Positions 1-9,212 are shown, counted from the stretch's first letter. The stretch: 64,000 nucleotides of DNA from an uncultured Anaerolineaceae bacterium (GCA_964606085.1 CAZSFD010000011.1:17763-81762); one strand, 5' to 3'. Made by a program: numbers and translations. The notes: a model not told the origin generated them from the letters alone.

Positions 1-253
1 GGATTTCGGGCCGCTTTGCCAGGAACCACGCCACCGCTTCAGAAGCGCTCTGATCGGTGAAGGTGATGGCGAATGTTTGTCCTTTGTGCTTGCCCGACCA
101 CAGCTTTTCGCGCAACTCGGCAATCTCTGGGGCCAGCCGCGGCGTCACCTCGGGCAGCGCCGCCGCCGGGGCCGCTCCCAGCCACGCCCAACCGTTCCAT
201 GCCAGCAACAACACCGCAATCAAGCCATGCCGCCAGGAAGGAATTTTTTGCAT
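1..253 (-). CDS. Hypothetical exported or membrane protein, N-terminal part only (gene continues past the window start)
   Basis: ATG at 253-251 is preceded by GAGGA. The reverse-strand translation MQKIPSWRHGLIAVLLLAWNGWAWLGAAPAAALPEV... has a signal/anchor-like N-terminus and stays open to position 1. It is absent from the ORF track because there is no stop in the window. Confidence 0.4.
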   Translation of the reverse strand, partial: MQKIPSWRHGLIAVLLLAWNGWAWLGAAPAAALPEVTPRLAPEIAELREKLWSGKHKGQTFAITFTDQSASEAVAWFLAKRPEI

Positions 254-272
254 GTCATCCTCATTCCATATC

Positions 273-315
273 GAAGGTCGAAAGTCACCGACCTTTGACC
301 TTTGACTTTCGACTT
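273..315. repeat. Heptamer-word hairpin between the giant membrane gene and the next gene
   Basis: GAAGGTC GAAAGTC ... GACCTTT GACCTTT GACTTTC GACTT. The right half is the reverse complement of the left half; arms AAGGTCGAAAGTCA / TGACTTTCGACTT pair with one bulge. Confidence 0.7.
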
Positions 316-318
316 GCC

Positions 319-3300
319 TCACTCCCACGTCTCCAACCGCTTCCGCACCTCCGCCGAAAGCGCCATCACCTGCGCCAGCCGCCGCTCGATCAGAATCGCC
401 AGCGTGACCAGGATGACGCCGCCGACGCCGAAGACCACCCAACGGTTGGCCGAAAGCAGCGGGTCAATCAGTTGTCCGAAGATGTCCAGCATCATGCCCA
501 CCACGCCAATGTAGAGAAAGCGCCGCAGCCGCCGGGCGCTGCCCCACCAGAGGATCAGCAGGCACTCCACGCCCATCAGCAGCGCATAGCCGCCACCGGC
601 ATCGCCCAACGACTGCCAGAAAGCGGAACCGAGCAGCAGCAGCAAGGCCGTCCGGTCAAGCCAGCGCGCCAGCGCCTTACCCGCCTCGCCGCCCACACGC
701 CACTCGACGAAACTGATCGCCAGGATGTAGAGGCCGGTTGGCAGCACATACCACTGAATTTCACGCTGTCCCCACACCAGCAGCCATTCCAGGCTCCATG
801 CCCCCAGCAGCAAGGCCACCGCACCGTAAGCCAGGGCGCGCCAGCGTTCGACCAGCGCCACGGTGAGATAGAAAATGCCTTGCACCGCCAGCACGCCTAC
901 GGTCATCTGCACCAGCCGGATGGTCGCGGCATCCAGCAGCGGTTGACCCAAAATGGCACGCACGATCAGCGCCGAAATGTTCAGGTTCATCACTCCCGCC
1001 AGCAGCAAACTCAACAATGACAGCGCCCAGCCTGCCAGGCACAGGGGCAATTCCCAAATTTGGTAAGGCGAAATTAATTTCGCCTTACCCCAACGCAGCA
1101 GATACCCGCCGACGCCATACGCCGCCGCCATCAGCGAGTACACCCACGGCCACATCAGCGCTTCAGCCTGCCCAAATAACAGCACCTGCCCGGCGGCCAC
1201 GATGCCCCCGGTCAGCGCCACAAACGCCAGGTTTTGCGAATGCCACCAGAAAGCCAGCAGCACTGCCGCCAGCGCGTGCGAAAGCGTTATCCAGGCCGAA
1301 GCGTTCTGCAATTCTGACATCCCCGCCAGTTGCAGCAGGATGACATCGAGCAGTGCCAGCAGGTAGAGCGGGCGTGACCAGCCAACCAGCGCCTTTGCGC
1401 CAATCGGCGTGCCTTCTTTCAGGCGTTCTTCCAGCCACAGCCCGGCCAGCAGCGTCACCCACATCACTGGCGAGAAATACAGCGCCAGGTCAACGATCGT
1501 GCCGTCGCCGCCCAACGATAGCAGGCCGTTCAGCGCCGCCAGTTGCAGCGCCGCCGCGCCCGCCAACAGCCAATAGCGGCGGCGGAACAGGACGATGGCG
1601 ATGCCATAGACCGCCCCCGCCAGCAGCCAATTGACCATGCCGGCGGTGTGGCTTTCCGACATGATCCCGCTCAACGCCGCGCCTGCGAACGCACCCACAT
1701 AAAGTGGAAACGCCCACCACTTCCAGGCGTACTCGGCCAGCACCAGCGGCCAGCGCCACGGCTGCGCCCACGGAAAGGTCTGCCCGCCGCCGCGTTGCCC
1801 GTCCAGCCAGATGGCCGCCATCAGCAGAACACCCGTCCACGGCCACAACGCCAGGCCGGCATCGGCAGAGGGAAGCAGGCCAATCAGACCAGCATAGGAG
1901 GCCAGCGAGAGCAGCGTGGCCGGGGTCAGGAAGATTGGCAGGCGCAGCCAGAAGGCACAGAAAAGGCAGATTAGCGCGGCCCCGCCGTAGCCGATCAGCA
2001 CTCCCAGGTTGTCGAAGCTAGAGGGGGGCAGGGCCAGGGCGGTCAGCGCCAGGGCCGAAATGATCAGCGGGGTGGCGTAGGCGTGTAAGGCGGTGCGCCG
2101 CTCAGCCAGCCAGCGCAGCAGCCAGGCGGTCAGCAAATAGGTGGCGGCCAGGGCCAGCAGACCCCATCCCAGGCGATCCAACTTGACATTCCATTCGTTA
2201 AGGGCAATCACCCAGGCCACCGTCAGGCTGCTCGCTGCGGCGTATAGCCACAATGGAAAAGCAAATTGCCAGGCCGAAAGCGCAAAAACCAACGTACACA
2301 GCAGCATGGCCGCGGCCAGCCCCCAGTTTGTATTGGCGGCCAGCAGCACGCCTGGCAGCAGGATAAGATAGGTCAGCCAGTAAAAAGGCATCCGATAGGC
2401 CGGTTGGCGGCGCGCCAGCCAGCGTCCGATGAACAGGGCGGGGAGGGAGAAGGCCAGCAGCAGCGCGGCATAATGACTTGGTGAAGCCGCGGGAGCGATG
2501 TTGGCGAGGATAGAACATGCCCACACCGGCGTGAGAAATAGCGCCGGATACAAAAATGCCGAACTGGGTGCGGCGCGGTTCATGCGCCAGCCCTGCCAGG
2601 CGTTGGCGGCGTAGAAAATGACGCCGACGCCAATCGTCAGCACCGCCGAATCTGCCGGGCTGACAAAGCCCAACACCAGGATCATCGGCATCACCGTCAG
2701 GGCCAGGTTTTGCAGCGGGGCGGCCAGTTTGCGCAGGCGTGGCCTTGCGCCCCAACCGGAAATCGCCATCAGCAGCGCGCCGATGATCCATTGCAGCAAG
2801 GCCAGCACGGCCCAACCTTCGGCGTGTTCGGCGTAGCCGTAATACGGCCACAGCAGCCAGATCATCAACGACCAGGGCAAATAAGCCAGCCCGCCGGCCA
2901 GGTAAAGAAAGCGCGGCGCGGCCCGCCAGCCGGCATACAAACGGCTGGAGGCCGCCAACAACCCCACCACCAGCCACAACGCCACCACCGCCCAGGTGAT
3001 CGGCGTGCGCCCGCCCAGCAGCACGATGTTGCGAACCAGCGCCAGGCCCACCGTGCCAGCGGCGATCAGCCAGGCCGTGGTCAGCAGCGGCCAGCGAAAG
3101 AGTCTGAGCAGGCGGCGAACGCCGTTCGCAGCCGAATCTGCGCTTTGTGGTCTCGACAAGCTCGACCGACGAACGCTGGTTGAGCTTGTCGAAACCGAGC
3201 CTGTCGAAACCAGTGAGACATTCTGAAGGCGAGTTAAACCACGTTCGATCAGGATATACCCCCACGCCCCCAGGGCGGCCAAGGCCGTCGAACGCCCCGT

Positions 3301-6138
3301 TCCCTGGCTGAAGGCCAACGCCGCCAGCCCGCACGATGCCGCGCCGAGCCAGGCCGCCAGGTAGGCGTCGAAGCGGCTGCGTTGCCAGAGGGCGCGCAGC
3401 ACAAAGGCCAGCCCCAAGAGCAGCGTCGTCCCTGCCGCCCACAGCAGATGGGCATCCAGAATTTTCCAGTGGCGCAGGGCAAAATTTGCCAGGAAGAAGA
3501 AGTTGAGCGCCAGCGCCGCCGGGCCAAGCAGGTAAAGCGAGCGATACAACGGCAGCAGGAAGGCCCGCGGCCAGTCACGTTTGCATTCGAGAAACTGGCC
3601 GATCAACAGATAGGCCAACGAAACCAGCGCCAGCACAATCGGCTGCGCCTCGGCGCGCAGGTCGGCCAGGTCGAGCGCCAGCGCCAGGCCGAGCGGCAAG
3701 AGCAGGCTGGCCGGCCATAGCAGCCACGCCTGCTTCTGCACGACCGCCGCGGTGAAATAGAAGGCCGCCAGCCCCAGGCTGAACGCGGCTCCCCAATTTT
3801 GCGGCTGCCCTGCCAATAGCAGCACCCCCAACGCTGCGCAAACATTGGCCGACCAATGCCACGGTCGGCGGTAGGCGGCCCGGACGCGCCCCAGCCATGC
3901 GCCCCAGCCGAGCAGCGCCCAGGCCAGCAGCAGCGCCACAAGCGGCAGGGGCAGCCAACTGGGGTGGCCGTTCAGCCAGGTTAGCCACGCCCAAATAGGC
4001 AGCGAGAAAGCTGCCAGCCATTGGAAGATCGTTGGTTGAGTGGCACGTTGATCGGGCCTGTCGAGACCCAAAGTGTTGGTCGAAACCCGTTTCCCCACCC
4101 AAAAGCGTCCTTCATGCGTCAGCAGCGCCAGCCAGCCATTGATTGCCGTCCATTGGCCCAGGGCATAGGCCAGCAGGTTGCGCTCGAAAAAGACGAGTGG
4201 CGGCATCAGCGCCAGCAGCGCCGCCAACCATCCTGAAACGAACCACTCCCGGCGGCTTGTCCGCACCCCTGCTGCCACGAACCCCACTGCCAGCAGCGCC
4301 CACGCCAGCCCAACCTGCCCCCAGGCCAGGCCGCGCCCGGCCACCAATCCGGCGCTGCCCGTCAACAGCAGCAGATTGCCCAGGTAGATCAGCCGCGGCT
4401 GCTGCCACCAGCGCGCCGCCAGAAAAACGGTGACGGCCAAAAACGGGTGAACGACAGCGGCGGCGTTGACATCGCCCAACGCCCACAGCGCCGGGATGAT
4501 CACGAGCAGGGGGCCTATGGCAGCGGCGGTCTCCGCTGAAAATGTGCGTTTCTCGCCAGCGATAGGCCGGCCAAATTCGAGGTAGGGCAGCGCAAGCAAC
4601 GCCGGGCCGAGGGCGTACCATGCCCAGCCCAGGCCAACCTGCGGGAAGATGTATGCTTCGCTGATCAGCACAGCAATGGGGTAGATGAGCGCGGCAGCCA
4701 GTGAGAAGGTGCGGCTGTTGGCCCGCCCGGCGGCGAAGCTGAACAGCAGGCCGCCGAGCCACCAGGTCAGCGCCAGGGGCAGGCGGAAGGCCACGTCGGC
4801 CTGCCAGCGTGTGAGCGCCAGGGCCAGGTTCCAGGGCAGCAGCACCGCCGCGGCCGTCAAGGCCAGCAGCCACAACGGCGAGGCCAGCACCTTCCAGCGT
4901 TCTGGCCCGCGGCGGAAGAGCAGTTCGCCGGCCAATCCGACCGCCAACGTATAAACGGTCAGCGCCGTCTGCCACCAGGAAACATCCACGCCGAGTAATT
5001 GCAGGCTGGCGCAAAGTAAACTGCCCCCGGCCAGCCCCACCAAATAGCCGAAAAACCCGGCCTGGATCAGGTAAGCGGTGAGCGTATAGGCCGCCAGGCA
5101 GAGCAGCGAAGCGCCCCACCACACTTCAGGCCAGCGTTCGGGCGGGAATCCCCCCGACAGGTAAATGGCGTACACTTCGAGCGGCACCAGCAGCGAGGCG
5201 AAAGCGCTCAGGGCAATGCCCGACCCGCGTAATTTGAGCTGCGTGCGCACATACCAGCCCAGGCCGTAGAAAATGGCCGTGAACAGGGTCAACACGCCCA
5301 CCTGCACCAGCGGTGGGAAGGCGTTCCAATTCCACACGACCAGCGAAACGGCCGCGGCCACCAGCAGCGCCACGCCCAGGAAGAGCAGCGCGTGCAGCGT
5401 GCGCTCAGAGACGAGCGTATCCCACAGGCGATCCCACGTCCAGGGCTGGCGCGGCGCTGCGGCCGGGCGGGCGGGGGTGGGGGTTTGGATTTTGGCTGGA
5501 GGAGATTGGGCTGGCGTGTGTGCAGGGCGGGGCGACGGGGCGGCTACGGCCACGGGTTTTCCGCTCAGTCGGTTTTCCATGCTGTCGAGCGATTGCTGAA
5601 TGGTCTGGCGGGCGCTGTTCAGCGCGTCGCCTTCGGCCAGCCGCCCCTGGGCGATCCATTCGTCCAGGCTGGTGATGAGATAGCGGTAACAGGCCAGGGT
5701 TAGCAGGTTTAGGTTTGTGGTGGGTTCGGGCGTGGGTGGGGCGTCTTGCAGGCGTTGGCGCAGATCGCCGATCTGGCTGGTGAGTTCGTGGGCGATTTCC
5801 GCCGGGATGTGGATGCCGCGCGGCTGGAAGAAGGCCGCGAAGGTGCGCAGGGCATACTCGCGCTGCCTGATCGCCAGGCGTACTTCGGCGGCCTCGCTTT
5901 CACTGAGCGTGGGGGGGCGCAGCCCCAACTGGCGTTCGAGGTCGCGGCGTTGGCGGTCGTAGCGTTGGTGCAGGTCGCCGCGTGACTTGATCGGCACATC
6001 TACCCAGCCGTTAATTTCCCCCAACAAAAAGATGATGTGCGAAAGGGCTTCGACCGGGCCCGCCTCCCCCGTAAATTGGCAGGTTGGGCAGGCTGAACCG
6101 ATTTGGTAGGTTGGCTCGTGGCACTTTGGGCAGTTCAT
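319..6138 (-). CDS. Giant polytopic membrane protein (1939 aa) with N-terminal zinc ribbon; function unknown
   Basis: One uninterrupted ORF with SD GGGGGAGGG about 10 nt upstream of the ATG. The N-terminus MNCPKCHEPTYQIGSACPTCQF has a CxxC...CxxC pattern. It is followed by ~230 aa of soluble helical sequence, a P/A-rich linker, then ~1700 aa of near-continuous W/L/A/G-rich hydrophobic segments. Confidence 0.8.
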   Translation of the reverse strand: MNCPKCHEPTYQIGSACPTCQFTGEAGPVEALSHIIFLLGEINGWVDVPIKSRGDLHQRYDRQRRDLERQLGLRPPTLSESEAAEVRLAIRQREYALRTFAAFFQPRGIHIPAEIAHELTSQIGDLRQRLQDAPPTPEPTTNLNLLTLACYRYLITSLDEWIAQGRLAEGDALNSARQTIQQSLDSMENRLSGKPVAVAAPSPRPAHTPAQSPPAKIQTPTPARPAAAPRQPWTWDRLWDTLVSERTLHALLFLGVALLVAAAVSLVVWNWNAFPPLVQVGVLTLFTAIFYGLGWYVRTQLKLRGSGIALSAFASLLVPLEVYAIYLSGGFPPERWPEVWWGASLLCLAAYTLTAYLIQAGFFGYLVGLAGGSLLCASLQLLGVDVSWWQTALTVYTLAVGLAGELLFRRGPERWKVLASPLWLLALTAAAVLLPWNLALALTRWQADVAFRLPLALTWWLGGLLFSFAAGRANSRTFSLAAALIYPIAVLISEAYIFPQVGLGWAWYALGPALLALPYLEFGRPIAGEKRTFSAETAAAIGPLLVIIPALWALGDVNAAAVVHPFLAVTVFLAARWWQQPRLIYLGNLLLLTGSAGLVAGRGLAWGQVGLAWALLAVGFVAAGVRTSRREWFVSGWLAALLALMPPLVFFERNLLAYALGQWTAINGWLALLTHEGRFWVGKRVSTNTLGLDRPDQRATQPTIFQWLAAFSLPIWAWLTWLNGHPSWLPLPLVALLLAWALLGWGAWLGRVRAAYRRPWHWSANVCAALGVLLLAGQPQNWGAAFSLGLAAFYFTAAVVQKQAWLLWPASLLLPLGLALALDLADLRAEAQPIVLALVSLAYLLIGQFLECKRDWPRAFLLPLYRSLYLLGPAALALNFFFLANFALRHWKILDAHLLWAAGTTLLLGLAFVLRALWQRSRFDAYLAAWLGAASCGLAALAFSQGTGRSTALAALGAWGYILIERGLTRLQNVSLVSTGSVSTSSTSVRRSSLSRPQSADSAANGVRRLLRLFRWPLLTTAWLIAAGTVGLALVRNIVLLGGRTPITWAVVALWLVVGLLAASSRLYAGWRAAPRFLYLAGGLAYLPWSLMIWLLWPYYGYAEHAEGWAVLALLQWIIGALLMAISGWGARPRLRKLAAPLQNLALTVMPMILVLGFVSPADSAVLTIGVGVIFYAANAWQGWRMNRAAPSSAFLYPALFLTPVWACSILANIAPAASPSHYAALLLAFSLPALFIGRWLARRQPAYRMPFYWLTYLILLPGVLLAANTNWGLAAAMLLCTLVFALSAWQFAFPLWLYAAASSLTVAWVIALNEWNVKLDRLGWGLLALAATYLLTAWLLRWLAERRTALHAYATPLIISALALTALALPPSSFDNLGVLIGYGGAALICLFCAFWLRLPIFLTPATLLSLASYAGLIGLLPSADAGLALWPWTGVLLMAAIWLDGQRGGGQTFPWAQPWRWPLVLAEYAWKWWAFPLYVGAFAGAALSGIMSESHTAGMVNWLLAGAVYGIAIVLFRRRYWLLAGAAALQLAALNGLLSLGGDGTIVDLALYFSPVMWVTLLAGLWLEERLKEGTPIGAKALVGWSRPLYLLALLDVILLQLAGMSELQNASAWITLSHALAAVLLAFWWHSQNLAFVALTGGIVAAGQVLLFGQAEALMWPWVYSLMAAAYGVGGYLLRWGKAKLISPYQIWELPLCLAGWALSLLSLLLAGVMNLNISALIVRAILGQPLLDAATIRLVQMTVGVLAVQGIFYLTVALVERWRALAYGAVALLLGAWSLEWLLVWGQREIQWYVLPTGLYILAISFVEWRVGGEAGKALARWLDRTALLLLLGSAFWQSLGDAGGGYALLMGVECLLILWWGSARRLRRFLYIGVVGMMLDIFGQLIDPLLSANRWVVFGVGGVILVTLAILIERRLAQVMALSAEVRKRLETWE

Positions 6139-6286
6139 GGCAGTTGCCCTCCCCCTTTACTTTACAGCCATTTGCCCGGATTGGCAATCCATTGGGCCGC
6201 GGGAGGCCCACGCGGGCATGATGAAGATCAAGAATTGAATGCCGCCTTGGGGCTGTCGCCAAACAGGCGTGTTTGCCTGCCGGGCC

Positions 6287-6310
6287 CGCCCGGCGATTTA
6301 TCGCCGGGCG
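6287..6310. repeat. REP-like palindrome CGCCCGGCGAT-TT-ATCGCCGGGCG
   Basis: Perfect inverted repeat in the aroKB / giant-gene spacer. The same arms (GCCCGGCGAT / ATCGCCGGGC) recur at 51185-51207. Confidence 0.7.
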
Positions 6311-6380
6311 AGAAAGCAGCGCCGGTTGAAACTGGCTTGAGGCCCGGTTGATCGGGCGCTGCGGATGGGCGAAGGTCGCG

Positions 6381-7970
6381 TTAGCCGGGCGATTGCGCCA
6401 GCACTTCAGCGACCAGCGCATCCGGCGCTTCGAGGCCCACCACCACCTGGCCAACCTGCACCGGCAGGGCAAATTTGACCTTGCCGCCCGCTTTTTTCTT
6501 GTCGGTGTACATCGTCTTGTGGATCGCCTGGCGATCCAGTTCAGGCGGGATTTCGGTCGGCAGCCCGACTGCCTGGCAAATCTCTGAGATGCGCGTAGCC
6601 AGATTGTCGTGCATCAGCCCCATTTTGACGGCCAGGCGTGCCTCGGCCACCATCCCGATAGCCACGGCCTCGCCATGCTTCAATGCAAAGCCCGATACCA
6701 ACTCGACGGCGTGTCCGATGGTATGCCCCAGGTTGAGCGCCTGACGCCGCCCCTTCTCGTAGGGGTCATCCTGGATAACCTTGATTTTGACGGCCATCGA
6801 GCGGCTGACGAGTTCGTGCCAATCGTGCGTGAGGTTGCAGCACATCTCGATCAACCGCGCATCTTCGATGATGCCATGTTTGATCACCTCTGCCAGCCCG
6901 TTGCGGATTTCGGCTTCGGGCAGGGTCGCCAGCACATTCGGGTCGGCCAGCACCAGGGCGGGGGGGTGGAAGGCGCCGACCAGGTTCTTGCCTTCGGGCA
7001 GGTCGGCGCCGGTTTTGCCGCCCAGGGATGAATCGCACATCGCCAGCAGGGTGGTGGGGATGTTGACCCACGGCACGCCGCGCAGCCACATGGCGGCGGC
7101 AAAGCCGGCCAGGTCGCCCAGCACGCCGCCGCCCAGGGCGACGACGGTGCTGCCGCGTTCGATGCCCGCTGCCAAAAAGCCCGCCCACATCTGTTCGACG
7201 GTGTGCAGGGTCTTGTGCTGCTCCCCCGCCGGGACGAGGATGGTCTGCACGTCATACCCGGCAGCCGCAATGGATGCCGCGGCGCGTTCAGCGTACAGCT
7301 TGCCCGTGTTCTCGTCGCTGACCAGCGCCACCGGGCCCTTCAGCCCGCGGGCGGCTATTTCATTGCCAATGCGGTCAATCAAACCAGGGGCCACGCGCAC
7401 ATCGTACTCCTTGCCCATGCCGGTCACGCGGAACATGCCGAGCAAAATCTGCGCCTGCCAGGCGGCTTCGGCGGGGCTGATGTGGGTGGTATCGAGCTGC
7501 AAGGCAAACTCGGCATAATGCGGGCCGCGCCGTTCGAGCATGGCAGCGAGTTTGGCGTGCGGGTCTCCCTGTAGGAGCGGGCGCGGGTTGGATGTGTCGG
7601 CCTGCAGGCGGGCGATGATCACAGCCGGGTCGGCTTTGAGCAGCAGCACATGGCCGCCGGCGGCCTCGGCCAGGGCACGCGTGGGGGCGTGGGTGAGCGC
7701 GCCGCCGCCAAGCGAGATCACGCCACCGATCGCCAGCAGGCGCTCCAGCCCGGCGCTTTCCATCTCGCGGAAGGCGGCTTCGCCATCGCTGGCGAAAATT
7801 TCGGGGATTTTGCGGCCGCTGGTGGCTTCGATATCTACATCGAGATCGTTGAAAGGCAGAGCCAGGGCTTCGGCGAGTAGTTTGCCCATGCTGGTCTTGC
7901 CGGTGCCGGAGGGGCCGTAGAGGAGGATGGGGTGAGTGGGTGATGGGGTGAGTGGGTGATGGGGGAGCAT
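6381..7970 (-). CDS. aroKB: Bifunctional shikimate kinase / 3-dehydroquinate synthase (AroK-AroB fusion)
   Basis: The N-terminus has the shikimate kinase P-loop LLYGPSGTGKTSMGKLLAE and GGGA motif. The C-terminal ~360 aa is typical DHQ synthase (GGGVLGDLAGFAAA, HTIGHAVE). Start chosen at ATG 7970, because the ORF-track start 8015 would overlap aroC. Confidence 0.85.
   Translation of the reverse strand: MLPHHPLTPSPTHPILLYGPSGTGKTSMGKLLAEALALPFNDLDVDIEATSGRKIPEIFASDGEAAFREMESAGLERLLAIGGVISLGGGALTHAPTRALAEAAGGHVLLLKADPAVIIARLQADTSNPRPLLQGDPHAKLAAMLERRGPHYAEFALQLDTTHISPAEAAWQAQILLGMFRVTGMGKEYDVRVAPGLIDRIGNEIAARGLKGPVALVSDENTGKLYAERAAASIAAAGYDVQTILVPAGEQHKTLHTVEQMWAGFLAAGIERGSTVVALGGGVLGDLAGFAAAMWLRGVPWVNIPTTLLAMCDSSLGGKTGADLPEGKNLVGAFHPPALVLADPNVLATLPEAEIRNGLAEVIKHGIIEDARLIEMCCNLTHDWHELVSRSMAVKIKVIQDDPYEKGRRQALNLGHTIGHAVELVSGFALKHGEAVAIGMVAEARLAVKMGLMHDNLATRISEICQAVGLPTEIPPELDRQAIHKTMYTDKKKAGGKVKFALPVQVGQVVVGLEAPDALVAEVLAQSPG
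7929..7960 (-). repeat. 16-bp tandem duplication (GGGGTGAGTGGGTGAT x2) just inside the aroKB 5' end
   Basis: In mRNA sense this gives four UCACC at 8-nt period (GGTGA at 7931, 7939, 7947, 7955) and encodes PHHPLTPSPTHP. Confidence 0.85.
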
Positions 7971-7995
7971 GGGATTATGGAATGTAGGGCTGAAT

Positions 7996-9174
7996 TTACT
8001 CCGGCCAAAACACATGCGGCTGCCCGCTCATCGGCACATCTTCCAGGCGGGCTTGCCGCAATGCTTCGAAGCGCGGCTTCATTTCGGCCAGCGAGTCGCC
8101 GCCGAGTTTTTCGAGCAGGGCTTCGGCCAGCACGTAGGCCAGCATGGCCTCGACGATGACGACGCCGCGCGGCACGGGGCAGAAGTCGGAGCGCTCGTAT
8201 TGCGTGGGGGTGGGTTGGCCGGTGGCGAGGTCAACGGTCTGCTGGGGGGTGAGCGTGGTGGGGATCGGTTTCATGGCGGAGCGCACCACGATAGGTTGGC
8301 CGGTGCTGATGCCGGCTTCGGTGCCGCCGGAACGTGATGCGTGCCGGGTGATACGTGAGTCGCCATCGAGACCAATGCCATCGTGGACTTGCGTGCCGGG
8401 CAGACGCGTGTTGGCGAAGGCCGGGCCGATTTCGACGCCTTTCATGGCCTGGATGCTGAGAATGGCGGCGGCGATGCGGGAATCGAGGCGGCGATCCCAT
8501 TGGGCATACGTCCCCAGGCCGGGCGGCACACCGAGGGCAACCACCTCGATCACGCCGCCGAGCGTGTCCTTTTCGTCCATCACCCGGCGGATGCGGGCGC
8601 GCATGGCTTCGGAGGCGGCGGGGTCGGGGCAGGTGACGTCGGATTGCAGAGCGTTGGCGATGCGGGTGGGATAGTCGAGGGCCTCCAGGTTGGCGTCAAT
8701 CTCGCCAAGCGAGGCTACGTAGCCGCCCACGGTAATGCCAAATTCGCCCAGCAGCGCCCGGCAGATAGCGCCCACGGCCACACGGGCGGCGGTTTCGCGG
8801 GCGGAGGCGCGTTCGAGGGCGGGGCGCAGATCGTCGTAGCCATATTTGATTGCCGCGGCCAGGTCGGCGTGTCCGGGGCGGGGGGTGGTGAAGGCCTCCA
8901 CGGCTTTGCCGCGCCATTTGACGTGGTCGCGGTTTTCGATCAGTAAGGCAATCGGTGCGCCGATGGTGCGGCCTTCCATCACGCCGCTGAGAATCTGGGC
9001 GGTGTCCTTTTCAATTTTCATGCGCGGGCCAGCGCCATAGCCGGTCTGACGGCGGGCCAGGTCGTGGGCGATCTGGTCTGGAGACAGCGAAAGGCCGGCC
9101 GGGATGCCGTCAAGAATGGCGGTGAGCGCCGGGCCGTGCGATTCGCCAGCGGTGAGGAAGCGGAGAGGGGGCAT
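7996..9174 (-). CDS. aroC: Chorismate synthase
   Basis: MPPLRFLTAGESHGPALTAILDGIPAGL... is full-length and has the typical AroC signature. Confidence 0.95.
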   Translation of the reverse strand: MPPLRFLTAGESHGPALTAILDGIPAGLSLSPDQIAHDLARRQTGYGAGPRMKIEKDTAQILSGVMEGRTIGAPIALLIENRDHVKWRGKAVEAFTTPRPGHADLAAAIKYGYDDLRPALERASARETAARVAVGAICRALLGEFGITVGGYVASLGEIDANLEALDYPTRIANALQSDVTCPDPAASEAMRARIRRVMDEKDTLGGVIEVVALGVPPGLGTYAQWDRRLDSRIAAAILSIQAMKGVEIGPAFANTRLPGTQVHDGIGLDGDSRITRHASRSGGTEAGISTGQPIVVRSAMKPIPTTLTPQQTVDLATGQPTPTQYERSDFCPVPRGVVIVEAMLAYVLAEALLEKLGGDSLAEMKPRFEALRQARLEDVPMSGQPHVFWPE

Positions 9175-9175
9175 A

Positions 9176-9212
9176 GGTGATCAGGTGAGTGGGTGACTAG
9201 GTGACTAGGTGA
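9176..9212 (-). repeat. Five UCACC (mRNA sense) at exact 8-nt period ending 1 nt before the aroC AUG
   Basis: GGTGA on the + strand at 9176, 9184, 9192, 9200 and 9208. The mRNA reads CAG TCACC TAG TCACC TAG TCACC CAC TCACC TGA TCACC T ATG. No purine-rich SD is present. Confidence 0.85.

Noticed and set aside
73-5122. ORFs 73-1020 (+), 2198-3442 (-) and 4112-5122 (-) overlapping the giant gene.
   Set aside because: They lie in alternative or antisense frames of the single 1939-codon ORF. They have Arg/Pro/Gly-rich compositions, and none has a ribosome-binding context.
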